64,000 nt of DNA from Eukaryota sp. TZLM1-RC (taxonomy: Eukaryota; Protista; Metamonada: BaSk clade), in NCBI GenBank assembly GCA_040285825.1, contig JAUPSS010000007.1, positions 143,156-207,155 of the forward strand. Reading direction: 5' to 3'. Of the stretch, positions 45,810 to 57,439 are shown piece by piece (the first letter of the stretch is position 1; each line of letters begins with the position of its first letter). The position numbers and the translations under genes were made by a program. The notes under the pieces were generated by a model. That model did not search any database, was not told the origin of the DNA, and worked only from the letters and a program-made list of their open reading frames with translations.

Positions 45810-46450
45810 TGAGTTAAATTGTAAACATTTTATATCTTTCAGAAGCGAGGTTCATGATGCTGTAAGAGACCATTTATATTGTATGTGTAAATCTCATAGA
45901 GTTGAATCCTTCTTGGAACCTCTGTTGTCAAATCTGTTTGATGCTGAAGATGATTTTCATAAGAATAACAGAGGTGATGTTATATTACTTGGATTAGATG
46001 GAACCTTCATTTTAATGGATTTAATTTCTGTTGATCCTTGTAATGCCTAAAATGAAAGGCTAGTTAATTCTGAAATTCATAATCCTCTTTCAAATGCTGA
46101 AAATTTCAAATTCAAAAAATACAATGAACCTTTGTCCAAATTGGCCAGTCTACAGCATGCAAAATACAATTTGTATCCATTTGTATTTTCCCTTTTTGGT
46201 TCACTTGCACCAACTGCTTTATGTTGTTTGGAAGATTTTGAAATGATTGTAAAAAGAATAACTGGCAGAAATTTCAACAGATTGTTTTGGCAAAATAGAA
46301 TTGTGTTTTCTATTTTTAAGGGGATGTTGAAGATGGTTTCTGATGCTTTGCTTTCTCTTGGATCTCACTATGAAAGAGTTTAATCTAGTGTTTTTGTTTT
46401 GGGAGAGATGGATTTTTTAGATGTTGATTTATAGGTTTTGAATAAAATTC
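45810..46450 (+). mobile_element. Non-LTR family A 3' remnant (RLE)
   Basis: HDAVRD..RGDVILLGLDG..SVDPCNA..YPFVFSLFG..FWQNRIVF. Near-identical to 57454-58077. Confidence 0.9.
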
Positions 46451-47129
46451 AAATTTTGGTCAAAAAAAACTCTGAGTGCAATAACAAACATTGAATGATT
46501 TATTAGACGATGATTCTCAACATTAACTCAATCAATTTTTTTTGGGTTTTCCTATCTATTTCTTCCTACAGCGGGAAGGTGTAGCAAAAATATGATGTTA
46601 AACGGCTTTCATGAGTTTCTGTCAACCAGTGCTTTTGTTACTATGAAATCCTGAAAAACGATTCATTGTGCCAAAGCTACGGTTCAATGTTTTGACTGCT
46701 GTATTATTGGTTGAACATTTGAACGCTGCAACAGCTTGATACCAAAGATTCAACAGTTTATAAACAACGTGAATCAACTTAGCCTTCCAATGACTCAATA
46801 TCCAAGATGCAAATTGGAATGTTTATGTTAGAAAAAACTCCCCTTATTGCAATCACCACTACATTACCTAGAGATTGTTGCTATCAAACAATTTTATTTT
46901 TTGTCATTCCAGGACGCAAATCGAATCAAAGATCATTGGGTAGTTGTTGGTAAAGTGACATTGGATCACCTCAAAATGTTCGGGTTGTATGCAGTGTCAA
47001 CAATTGCAAAGAAGAATTGGTCTAAATCAATGATGGTCATGGTATTGGTAATCTCACGTGCCATAATGAGGGTGTAATTTGATATACATGTGTTGAGGTG
47101 AATTTGAAAAAGGGATAAATATAAAATCC

Positions 47130-47790
47130 ACCTAGTTCTGAAACTGTTAAGCAAAATCCACCTTTTGGAAACGTGCCTCAAATTCAGAATGAATTGCAAG
47201 TTATTTTGGAAAAAATGAAAGTTGAACTTGATTCAATTTCTTCTTTAGATATAGAAAAACATATTGAATTTTTCATGCTTAAAATTTGCTACACCGGAAG
47301 AATAACCCACATTTTGAGATTTTGTGCTCCTTCCATAGCATTAGATTTTTGTCGTTCATTTAATTCATTGAGAACAGAATTTTTTGCTGCTTTAGTGGAT
47401 GTAGAACCAGGAATGTTGAAAAGTCACTTATTTTCTTCAGCAAATTTGGGTGGTATTGGATTTACTAAATCATCAATTTTGTGTCAATCAGCATTCTTGC
47501 GTGGTGGCAAAAAATTTTATTTATGAATTTTCTCGTAGATTTCCTGATGATTCTCATCTGTTAGTTCCCAACTACAGTCCTTATTTGTATGAGTTATCTT
47601 GTAAACTTGAAAAATTGCCACCACAAATTTGGACCAAATGTTTTCCTCAATCAATTCAGGAAATTCCAAACCGATCTCTTTTTTATTTACAGTTTTGCTG
47701 TAAACAGCTTCAGCAAAAATTGTCAAAGATTTTTGAAAGCTTGGATTTTGATTTTAGACTTGGCTTGGCCAAGAAAAAGATTTTCAGCCA
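47130..47790 (+). mobile_element. Non-LTR family A middle remnant (RT thumb region)
   Basis: LKICYTGRITHILR and NLGGIGFTKSS. The DNA matches 38610-39079 in reverse complement. Confidence 0.85.
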
Positions 47791-48239
47791 CAAGAATAAC
47801 TATAGTGCAATGCTGGGGAGATAAGGTCTGTATTGGGGGAATTTCGAATGTCTCTGATCTTAGCACATCATAATGTTAAATGTTTATAATTTTTGAATTT
47901 TGAATGCTGAAACTGATTGAAATACAGTAAATGCAACAGGGTTACATGAGAGTTTGACGTGCTATTAGAAAAAAAGCAATGTAAATCGGACATGGTAATT
48001 GGCCAACCAAGTCTTTGAGTTTTCATTCTGGTTGGAAAACGGTTTTTCTCAAAATACCAAAAGTGTAGTAAATACCAAAGAAGAGATTCCTTTTCCGTAT
48101 GTTTTTTTACCATTTATGATACTTTGAGTAACCAATATTAAATAATCAAAAACAGCGAAAGCTCCACATCATTAAAACCTATCTATTACACATCCAAACA
48201 GTTATTTAGTCAGACCAAAAGAGAAAAGTTAATCATGAA

Positions 48240-48690
48240 GTATATTCATCATTCCATTCTAACAGGAAAATACAATCCAGTAAACCCAAATTCTTCTGGT
48301 GTTTCCTTCACAGGTAATTTGAAATATTCAAGGAAAGCCAATGCAGCATTACCTAAAGATCCAAGCAAGGATAAAACAAAGGGACTTAAATTACATTGGA
48401 CATAAGAATTTCTATTGACAGTAGCAATAGGTATTGCGTAATTAGCAATTTTGTATTTTTCGCCAGCAAGAAGAGGATTATTTGCATCTGAGTTAATGAA
48501 ATGTTCGTCAGAAGAATAACAAGGGTCAGTGGATATGGTATCTCAAATATTAAAAATATTATCGAAGCCAGGAACAACCTTATCACCTCTGGTCAGACCC
48601 ATAGAAGCTCTGTTGTAGCGCGTACTATCAATATTGGATTCATCAAGAATTAATTTTGATAGTGAAGGGTCTTGAATGGAATCTAATCTA
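48240..48690 (-). mobile_element. Non-LTR family C remnant
   Basis: Shares GTCAGACCCATAGAAGCTCTGTTGTA.CGCGTACTATCAATATTGG with ~16665-16710. Confidence 0.8.
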
Positions 48691-48976
48691 TATGAATTGC
48701 AAACGAAGTCAATTTGGGCTCTTACATTATTTGTACTTCGCTACTCAATGTAATCAAATGCTTACAGTTCAAAAGATGAGTGAATATCAGAGGTCAACCA
48801 CATTGACATGTAAAATGATTGGCAAATTGATTGGACTCAGAAGACAATAAAATACAATAGAGGATTGGTGAAACTTAAGTTCTTTGCAACAAATTTGTCA
48901 CTTTGATATGTGACAAGACTATACCCCCAAACCCCATCTCACCAAGCTCTCTGTACATAACATCTCTACACCTTTT

Positions 48977-49582
48977 ATGTCATTTCTTCGCCCAAGCCAA
49001 AGGTTTCATGGCTTTCAGCTTCCCGATGCCAGTACCTCTCCAGATCCATCCTCTCATTGGAAGGTTTCATTTGAAATCCGACACGCCAGTATACACGACA
49101 AGGGCTCATTTTCTGGTATAATGTCTGCCATCATTCCATCCATCAACAGATTTCGTGATATAAAAACACTCTATGTAGCTGATATTGTGGACGGCATCCA
49201 CCACTCCTTTCTCACCACACAAACCCCATCAGTCCCGGGCACTAGGACAGACCTGCGCAACTGGACCCTGTTCGAGTCATTTGACACCCTTTGTTCAAAT
49301 CTCAATTCCGATCGATCGGAAGTTTTCAACACCTCCCCACTACTAGCCTCTGCCCTTCATAATTATCCTTACATATTCTTCCGCATAAAAGAACTTTCCT
49401 TCATTGACGCCGACCATAGCATGACCCAAGGGTTGACAATAGATGGATTTTATTACGCGCAATATGATAAGAGTAATGGTAAAATCACTGCTTACTACTT
49501 TGATGCAAGAGCCAGGCCAGGCCAAGTGATGAGGTTAGAACCAGTAGTTTTGACCAATTGTCCTGATATAAATTTGGTTTAG
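48977..49582 (+). CDS. GID4: GID4/VID24, Pro/N-degron receptor of the GID/CTLH E3 ligase
   Basis: FLRPSQRFHGFQ, WKVSFEI, HSFLT, DLRNWTLF, YIFFRIKE, GLTIDGFYY and ITAYYFD...GQVMRLEP follow the Vid24/GID4 beta-barrel pattern. Confidence 0.9.
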   Translation: MSFLRPSQRFHGFQLPDASTSPDPSSHWKVSFEIRHASIHDKGSFSGIMSAIIPSINRFRDIKTLYVADIVDGIHHSFLTTQTPSVPGTRTDLRNWTLFESFDTLCSNLNSDRSEVFNTSPLLASALHNYPYIFFRIKELSFIDADHSMTQGLTIDGFYYAQYDKSNGKITAYYFDARARPGQVMRLEPVVLTNCPDINLV

Positions 49583-49849
49583 AAATTTTGTTTTTCGAGT
49601 GGCGTGGAAATGATTTGGTTTTGTTGTAATTTTGTTTAAGTTTTTTTATAATGCAAATGGTGTTATACCTTCTCACATTATTGTACCTTCCCTTATCTTC
49701 TATTCTGCATATGTTTTGGAACGACACAACAGTTTTCACCATTTTCACCCCACCGGATTAGCTTTCATATGGGTTTTGTTATTGTTGTTTCTTGTACTGT
49801 GCTCAACGTAGACACCAATCAACCTTACACAATTTTTTCATAAATTGAA

Positions 49850-50470
49850 ATTTATTTTCAACGCTAACAAAACATTAAACAAAAAACTAGAACTCAATAT
49901 CCTCAATACACGCATCAACATCATCAAATCTTTTTAGTGCGCGATTTTCATACTCTATTCCTAATTGTAACAGTGCTTTGGTCAACATTTCTGGAATTGC
50001 TTTAAGAATACTAAAAACAATTCTATTGTGCCAGAAATTGAAGGTTAATTCTTTTCCTGCTCTTTCTGTTATTAAACTTCTGAAACCTTCAAGAAATTTA
50101 ATGCCAGATATTCCAATGTTACCAAAAAGAGATACAGCAAATGGAACCAACTGATACTTGACATGCTCAACACGTCCTAGCTGAGATAAGGGTTCATTGT
50201 ACTTTTTGATTTTGCTCTTTTCAGCAAAGCAAAGTGGAGTTTCATCTCTTTTAGCAAAATCAATTGCTGAGTCTTTACAAACATCAACAGCAACCACATC
50301 AACAACTTTAATAACACCATCAGACGCAGGGGTAATTAAATCAGCACGGCGTTTCCAAAAAGTATTCTCATCTTCATTTTCAGATGACAACCGACGCACA
50401 AGTGGTTCAACAAAAGCTTCAATGTGATGGCTTTTGCACATAGCGTATAGTTGGTCTCTAACACAATTTG
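49850..50470 (-). mobile_element. Non-LTR family B 3' remnant (RLE)
   Basis: VRDQLYAMCKSH..EPL..RRADLITP..VVDVVAVD..AEKSKIKKY..VPFAVSLFG. Confidence 0.88.
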
Positions 50471-51119
50471 TAACAAGTATAGTTGCAGGTGACGCCACCC
50501 ACACTTGGTCTGCCACGTCATCACTTGGTCTTTCTGATATGTCCACAACACTGGTTGAAAAGCACATTTCACTTATTGAAATTAAACTAAACATTGTAAC
50601 AATCAGTTTTTTTCTCAATACTAGTAAAGGCAAATATCAAAAATTCAGTAGTGTTGCTCATGACCCATATCTTTTATTTATCATTTTTTTATTAAGGGCA
50701 AAACTATTTATTGTACGTCTTACGAACAAAAAATAAGTTATGAGCTTGTCAGAACTTAATCTACCTGTTTATTATTTGTGGAGAAATCCAAAAATGCTAT
50801 GAAAAAATTGAAAATCAGCATCTGTTAGCTGAAATCAAATCCATTCTCTACTTATTCACTATTAAAATTCAATATACGGATCTGCAAAATTGTCGAAATA
50901 ATATAAAAATGGTTTAAAAATCAGAATGATTTTTTCCAACAGTTGAAATTCTTGAAAATTGTTTTACTAAATTATGTCCAACTTGGATTTTGTTATCTCG
51001 AAGCCCAAAATCAATAAATATTTGCTATTTCAGTCATTATTTTAAAAATTGCATAGAAAGGTAAATACTGTAACGATAATGTTGCACAACGAATAGAACA
51101 TTAATCCAAATAAATTTAT

Positions 51120-53171
51120 TTAAACCGAAACACAATTACCACACCAAGCAACAGCATTAGCTATTAATAAATGACCATCAGTTGAGGAATTCCAATCTGC
51201 AACACCTGAATTACTGTCACTACTGAATGAAAGACACCCAAATTCAACTAATCTGCCACTACCAACACTTTTCCTGGCAATTAAAGGGGTACCATTATTA
51301 ATAGTAGCAACCAAAGTTCCACTAGTGAGCTTGGTGTTGATTCTACCAGAGTTTGAGGAAAAAAAGTTTACGTTTGTTAGTAAAGGATCATTAGGGAATT
51401 TTGGAGTCATGATGGCGTAATTGCTTGATGGTGGTGGATACCGACCATGACTACCCCCCTCAAAACAAGAGTAATTAAAACCATTTGCTGGAACAGAATT
51501 AAACAAAACCAAACCCTTTCCTGACTTAAGTATTTCATTAAGAAAAGAAGCTGGCCAATTCATACTATAGGTCTCCACAAGAACAACATCAACAGCACTT
51601 AATTCATTGAAATTGTTTACTTGTAGGCCTTGGTTAATTGAAATCTCAACGTGATTCCAATTTTGGTTAAATCCTCTTCTTAGTTTGGAAACAAGATCAT
51701 TTAAGTAAGGTTTGTTATAACAATATACCCCAACATTAAGCCTAAAACAAACTTCTCTTCCCAATAACCTTCTAGAAACTTGCCTAATGTTACCTTGATT
51801 ACAACTAACCTTTAATACCTTCTCCAACCAAACTTCCTTATTACCATTAATAACATTAGAAAGGGTCAAATTAGAAAGGAAATCGACAGGAATTTCAACG
51901 ACTTCTGGTAATGATTGGAATCGGTAATTGTCAATAACTTTGGCTATCAATTCAGTAAATGAGTGCTTAGTTCCAAAATTTAAAATATTGGTAAATTCTT
52001 CTTGATTTAATTCACCAAAATCAATTTTGTTGGAAATAGATTTGAATTCGTCAGTGTTGACCAAATCAGAAAGTTGTAAAAGCCAAATAAAATCATTTGG
52101 TTTAATTACCCTAGATTGAGTAATAAATAAAGAAATGGTTTTTGATTTTAAATCAGCAGAGATTTCACAAGAAAGAATTTCCTCAACTATTTGTCTATTG
52201 ATGGTACAAGTTGCATCCATTTGAACTGCCATAAGGACATCCTGAGCTCTTTTCGAAATATTCAAGCTGCTGACATCCACCAGATCTTTGTTGAGCAATT
52301 TTTTCAATAAACTCATTTTGAAATTTTTGGTGAAATTTTCGACATTTTCAAAGGATTGTAACCAAATATTTTGGTATTCCTGCAAAATATTCATAGCATT
52401 TCCAACACATTCAATACCTTGGTCCTTTAAATTGCCATTAATTGACAGATTTTCATCAAAAACCTCCCCACAATCAATGTGATTGATTAAAGTTGCTGAC
52501 TGTCTAATCAGATCAGCAATCAAATCATTCAAAATTGATTGCCCTGTAGAGAGTGTTTCCTTTACAACTTGGTCTACTTTTTCAGTTGGTTCAGCCAAGC
52601 TTAGAGTACATGTACTCAACCCTTGCTGCAATGCCTTGACCTCATCATTCACTGATTCTTTGGCATCTGAGAGAGGGAGCAAACATTTGTTGTGGGCAGC
52701 GTGGCCTTCCAAGAGACCACAAGAATCGCAGATTGCAACCTTGCACTGAGAACAAAAGTATTCAAGGGTCTTTGTCTTATGGCGAGGACACTTGACGGAG
52801 GTGAGGGAGGCTTTTTGTTCGAGAGGGACGATGTTGTGGTTCTTGAAAACTCGCATTTGATGAGCCTGAGCAGAGCACTGTTGGCAGTATGTGACTTGGC
52901 ATTGTGCGCAAAAGAGAGTGGCATCGGATTCGAGACAGTTATTGCAAACAGGTGATTCCGTTGGTTTTTGGTTGAGAGCATCGATCGCCTCGAGAAGGGC
53001 TATGTTGATGCAAAGAGCTCGTGAAGGTACGTCGCTGCGACAGGAGGGACATGTAGAGTTGGACTTCAGCCATTTAGAGAGACATTTGGTTCGACAAAAG
53101 CTATGTCCACATGGAAGGGTTGTAGGTTCTTCCATTGTTTTGAGGCATATACCACACTCAAGGAGACTCAT
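51120..53171 (-). CDS. TRIM-like protein: RING + two B-boxes + coiled coil + C-terminal GATase/ThuA-like domain
   Basis: CGIC...LPCGHSFCRTKC...CPSCR, then CNNC..CAQC..CQQC..H..H and CPRH..YFCSQCKVAICDSC..H..H. The first ATG is at 53171. The C-terminus is shared with the kinase. Confidence 0.93.
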   Translation of the reverse strand: MSLLECGICLKTMEEPTTLPCGHSFCRTKCLSKWLKSNSTCPSCRSDVPSRALCINIALLEAIDALNQKPTESPVCNNCLESDATLFCAQCQVTYCQQCSAQAHQMRVFKNHNIVPLEQKASLTSVKCPRHKTKTLEYFCSQCKVAICDSCGLLEGHAAHNKCLLPLSDAKESVNDEVKALQQGLSTCTLSLAEPTEKVDQVVKETLSTGQSILNDLIADLIRQSATLINHIDCGEVFDENLSINGNLKDQGIECVGNAMNILQEYQNIWLQSFENVENFTKNFKMSLLKKLLNKDLVDVSSLNISKRAQDVLMAVQMDATCTINRQIVEEILSCEISADLKSKTISLFITQSRVIKPNDFIWLLQLSDLVNTDEFKSISNKIDFGELNQEEFTNILNFGTKHSFTELIAKVIDNYRFQSLPEVVEIPVDFLSNLTLSNVINGNKEVWLEKVLKVSCNQGNIRQVSRRLLGREVCFRLNVGVYCYNKPYLNDLVSKLRRGFNQNWNHVEISINQGLQVNNFNELSAVDVVLVETYSMNWPASFLNEILKSGKGLVLFNSVPANGFNYSCFEGGSHGRYPPPSSNYAIMTPKFPNDPLLTNVNFFSSNSGRINTKLTSGTLVATINNGTPLIARKSVGSGRLVEFGCLSFSSDSNSGVADWNSSTDGHLLIANAVAWCGNCVSV

Positions 53172-53699
53172 CAGAGATTGTGAAGAAGATGTTGATGTTT
53201 GATGCAAGAAAGATTTCCAAACCTCTGCCAAACTGATCAATGTGTTATCTCAGCTGAAAACAATTCGATTGTTGCAGAAATTTATGTTAAAAGATGGGCT
53301 GCTGGAGAAACGTCTAGTTAGTGCAACGTCATGAATAGTTATTAATGATCCTTACTTAAATAGTTATATACTAGTTTGCTATTTGAACATCATTCGTTAT
53401 CTGTTCAGTTTCACTTTTTTCTACTCAACTATTGTTTTTGTTCAACTGCGTTTTTATCGGAAATTCATTTGTTATTATTGTATGAGTGCTAACCAGGGTT
53501 TAAATGAGTCTTCGGTGGAAAAAAATCCATACTTCTTGATTGGATTTGATTGGACTACTGTATGAACAAAAGTTTCCAAAAAATGCCAAATTCCATGATC
53601 CCGTTTCCATCAAACTGGGTGGATTCAGTATTTAAGAAGAAAATTAAAAAATGTAATTATCAGACATATGTCAGATTTATCCAGTTATTGTGGCAAAGC

Positions 53700-54720
53700 C
53701 AGTGAACTAATTTATGAATAAAATTGTCTATTCTGATCTTCCTGAGTTAAGCAAGGTGATCCTCTTGGGCAACTGCGGTTCTGTTTAGCAATTCACAAGT
53801 GTTTAATGTTGCCTCAAGTCTATTGTAATAAAGAAAAGTCAATGAGGAAAAGTTGATTTAATTATTGATTTAAGTTAATTTCTAATCATATTATATAAGC
53901 CTTTGGGCGCCAACATTAATTCATTTCACTAAACGTTATTCTATGTTGAAAATAGTGGGATACATGGATGAAATCTCGATAATTGGTCCCTTATATGTTT
54001 TGAATGACATTGCTTCTGAGACTTTACTGTTTTGCAGAAATATAACTCCTTGCACGCTTTTCGTTTCCTTAATTGCTGGCTATGAAATGTTACCAAATTA
54101 CTGAAGAATTAATTAATCTTTTGCTGAAATTGGATTCTGAACTTGATAACATTTCTTTATATGAAATAGAGAAACATATTAAGTTTCTTACTTTAAAAAT
54201 TTGTTACTCAGTCAAAATTACTCACATTTCAGGATCAACTTCACCAACTATTTCACGTGAGTTTTGGTGCCTTTCTATCACCCACCTAAAAACAAAATAT
54301 TTTGTATTATTTATTGATGTCAATCCTGAACTGATTGGAAGTCATCTGATTTTGGTAGTATTTTCTTCACAAAATCGTCTATTCTCGGTCATGGAACTTT
54401 CCTCAGTGAAGAAATTTTTTTTGAATTTTTTAACCACTTTTCAAATGATGTTCATTTACTGAATTCTGTAAGTAGTAATCATTTGAGAGACCTTGAAAAT
54501 ACTCTTGATTATTTGCCCCCTGACATCTGGAGTTAACTTTTGCCCGATAATGTACATGTAATACCACCTAGAACGCTACTAAACTTGCAGTATAGCATCA
54601 AAAAATGCAAAAAAAATTGACAAAAAATTTTGTTGCATTTTAACGTTCGTCTTGGCTAGAGCAAGAACGATAATCCCGCTTCTGCAAATTTTCTGTTAGA
54701 TGTCCATAACAGTTCCTCTT
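53700..54720 (+). mobile_element. Old non-LTR RT remnant (family A-related), interrupted by a solo LTR
   Basis: VKQGDPLG..FCLAIHKCL|IHFTKRYSMLKIVGYMDEISIIG reads in frame once the LTR is removed. IEKHIKFLTLKICY lies downstream. Confidence 0.8.
53807..53915 (-). mobile_element. Solo LTR (109 bp) with TTAA target-site duplication
   Basis: The reverse complement is TGTTGGCGCCCAAAGGCTTATATAATATGATTAG...AATAGACTTGAGGCAACA. TTAA occurs at 53803-53806 and 53916-53919. Confidence 0.88.
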
Positions 54721-54970
54721 TATGTTGAATTTCTAATTTCATTACTATCTTAACGGAAGTTTGCAAAAAATGTCGTATTCAATAGTCCTGTTTCTATAAA
54801 ATTGGGTAGATTCGTTAATTAAGAAGTAAGTTAAGCAACGTGATGAAATTTGAATGGGTTTTCATTCATAATCAGCTTCAACTGAGATGAAATGAGTAAA
54901 CTAAGGATATGATTACAATTTACAATCAGATTCCAAGATTCTCTCATACAGACCCTTTCGAAATCAAACC

Positions 54971-55666
54971 ATGAACGCTTCCTTATCACGTCGAAGGGTC
55001 TTAGGCAACACCAATAGACGATCTCTTGCTTCAAAACAAACATCAACATGTCACTCCATTTGTCTCTCAAAACAACCCTCCACATCCTCACTCAACGACC
55101 CCTCTACGCTTCCTTTCTCTACCTTCGATGTAACTCGTACCCGCAAAACTAAAGTTCCTTCCCCAACGCATTCGCATCCTTCTACCTTCTCCAAACCTCC
55201 CATTCACATTAACTCAACCTCAATCCCTACCAAGCCTGTCAAACTTGTTCCTGCTACCCCAATAGACCCGCCATCCCAGTGCCCATCCCGTATACGCAGA
55301 GAGAATCTGTCTGTACCTAAACGAACCTGGAAAGGAAGGTATGCAAGTACTGAATCAATAATAAAACCGCCTTCCGATTCCTCAGCTTTTGCTCCTGAAT
55401 CAATCAGATTTGATAGATCAATCAACCCTGATCAAGCTCCCCAGTCAACTAATCATTTTCTTGCAAGAATAGAGCGGAGAAGACAATGTGAGAGGCAGAT
55501 TGATGAACGTAAGCACAAAGATTTAGCAATTGCACAAGCAAGGGAAACAAAAAAATTAGAATCGCTAGCTTGTCAACAAGGGCAATATTTGAAATCAGTT
55601 GCCGAATCTGATCCCCATTCAGAAAGAATTAGAAAGACTTGTCTCCCAGGTAAAAACCTTGATTGA
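54971..55666 (+). CDS. Basic, largely disordered protein with N-terminal D-box-like motif and C-terminal coiled coil
   Basis: Intact 231-aa ORF with host-like C-rich 5' composition and the motif RRVLGNTN (RxxL..N). Confidence 0.75.
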   Translation: MNASLSRRRVLGNTNRRSLASKQTSTCHSICLSKQPSTSSLNDPSTLPFSTFDVTRTRKTKVPSPTHSHPSTFSKPPIHINSTSIPTKPVKLVPATPIDPPSQCPSRIRRENLSVPKRTWKGRYASTESIIKPPSDSSAFAPESIRFDRSINPDQAPQSTNHFLARIERRRQCERQIDERKHKDLAIAQARETKKLESLACQQGQYLKSVAESDPHSERIRKTCLPGKNLD

Positions 55667-55778
55667 TTGATTGATTGGGGGTTGTTGTATGTATTATATA
55701 TAATGTGTAAAAAACACGAGAAACTAACATTAAATTTGTATTTTGCAAAAACTTTTTAATAAATTATTTTCAATTAAT

Positions 55779-57263
55779 TCACACTCTTTTTCTTTTCTTT
55801 TTAACATCCACTTCTTTTTTCCTTCGGGTCCTAGGGTTTTCATTGCCACCATCACGTGATATCACGTCAGCCTCCCTACACTTAATCTTGATCGACAACA
55901 ACCAAGATAACTTTGATTTGCTGACAAAATCATCTTGGAAATCAAAACTTACAATTAATTCAGTCAATTGTTTAATGTTTTTTCCATTTTGCACCACACT
56001 CTGCTCAATGTAACCATTCAAAAGTTTTTCCACTTCATCAACTGTGGATACGAGCTGAGTTGTTAAACTTTTCCAATTACCAAGTGGATGATTCACCGTG
56101 CCCAATACAGACTCAATTGATTTAGTGTTGCTCTTGCTGCAAACCAAAAACATTACAACGAGAATGGCTTCTAATATTGTCAGGTTGATTGGCTTATTGT
56201 TTCCTAAATTAGAAACAGTTAAAAACTGGGAAAGAGCGTTTGCACAAGGTCCAATCAATAGACCTATTTGAGACCCATATTTACCTTTATCAGTAGGGAT
56301 ATTGACTAAACAAGAAGCAAAAGCGACCCACAAAGAAAGTCTTGATTGTTCAGTCAGATTTGATTGATCAGGCGGCATTTGGAGCAAAGGAAGAATGGTT
56401 TTTCCAATAAAATCAAGAATACAAGTAATATCTGCTGATTGGGACAGAAAACCACTTGACAATAACAAAAAGTGGGGAAAACGTGATATCACGTCATCAG
56501 ATAGCTCAGAATTAGCCTGATTGATTGTAAATTTGATTGAAACACACAGTAGCGACATCATTTCACTAAGACCCCCTCTCTCTTCTTGCGGTGCTTCATG
56601 TTCGTGATGGTAACCAACCCCAGATTCATTAGCTCCGAGGTAGGGGAAGTAGGTGGCAATGGTCAGAAAGGCCAATAATTCAGACTCGAAAAGGGGACAT
56701 AAGAGACAACTTTGAATGGATTTGAGGAGATGAAAGGTGTCTATTTGAGAGCAGTTGTTGAAGCAACCTTCCTTCGCCATGTCTAGTAGTAGTAATAAAT
56801 AGTCTTCTCTCTGTTCTTCAAACTTAGGGTTAGAGTTGGGGTTAGGGTTGGGGTTAGAGATAGTGAGTGGTGAGAAGATTGGGGTGAGATGTTTTCCTTC
56901 ATTATTGGTTATGAATGATTGTAACACTTGCTTAACAAGAGCTTTGTGTTTGGTGATGTTGACGAACAGTACCTTTGTGAGAGTATCATGAGCATGTATA
57001 AAATGTGGAGAGGTGAACTGTGGAAGGAGAGTTGGGAAGTTAGAAACCAGTTCAGATTCAAAAAGAGGAGAGAGTTTCTCCAGGACATTGGGAGCAAGAT
57101 CAGGGAATTTCTGAAAGTAAGATGTTACAAGGTTGAAGACAAAGGTAAGGAGTTGGCTATGTTCTGTGGATAGAGCACCCAAGATGGTAGTGAAGTTAGA
57201 AGGAGAGAGATCCCCTTCTTCTATGTTGTCAGCAACCTTGTAGAGCGTGTCTGTGTCCACCAT
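55779..57263 (-). CDS. API5: Helical-repeat protein, probable divergent apoptosis inhibitor 5 (API5) homologue
   Basis: DTLY...FTTIL...YFQKFPDLA..LEKL.PLFESE resembles API5 EELY...YQVIL...FFKHFPELA..INAQLDLCEDE. Also LTILEAIL, KLSW and a basic NLS-like tail. Confidence 0.6.
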   Translation of the reverse strand: MVDTDTLYKVADNIEEGDLSPSNFTTILGALSTEHSQLLTFVFNLVTSYFQKFPDLAPNVLEKLSPLFESELVSNFPTLLPQFTSPHFIHAHDTLTKVLFVNITKHKALVKQVLQSFITNNEGKHLTPIFSPLTISNPNPNPNSNPKFEEQREDYLLLLLDMAKEGCFNNCSQIDTFHLLKSIQSCLLCPLFESELLAFLTIATYFPYLGANESGVGYHHEHEAPQEERGGLSEMMSLLCVSIKFTINQANSELSDDVISRFPHFLLLSSGFLSQSADITCILDFIGKTILPLLQMPPDQSNLTEQSRLSLWVAFASCLVNIPTDKGKYGSQIGLLIGPCANALSQFLTVSNLGNNKPINLTILEAILVVMFLVCSKSNTKSIESVLGTVNHPLGNWKSLTTQLVSTVDEVEKLLNGYIEQSVVQNGKNIKQLTELIVSFDFQDDFVSKSKLSWLLSIKIKCREADVISRDGGNENPRTRRKKEVDVKKKRKRV

Positions 57264-57439
57264 TGTAGAGGATGGATTGAATTTTGTATTAGTGATAATG
57301 GTAAAAATAGTAATGATAGATTTACCAAACTAAAACTGCCAGATTGCTTACACAGTGTCATTCATTTAGACAAGCATTTTCCGACAGCATCATAGCGATT
57401 CAACTCTTGACATTCCTTTTACAGTTTTTTTAAATTACT

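Noticed and set aside
53172-53240. TTG-initiated N-terminal extensions in the ORF track (also 34005-34043)
   Set aside because: The genes are eukaryotic, and the first in-frame ATGs (53171, 34044) directly precede the domains.
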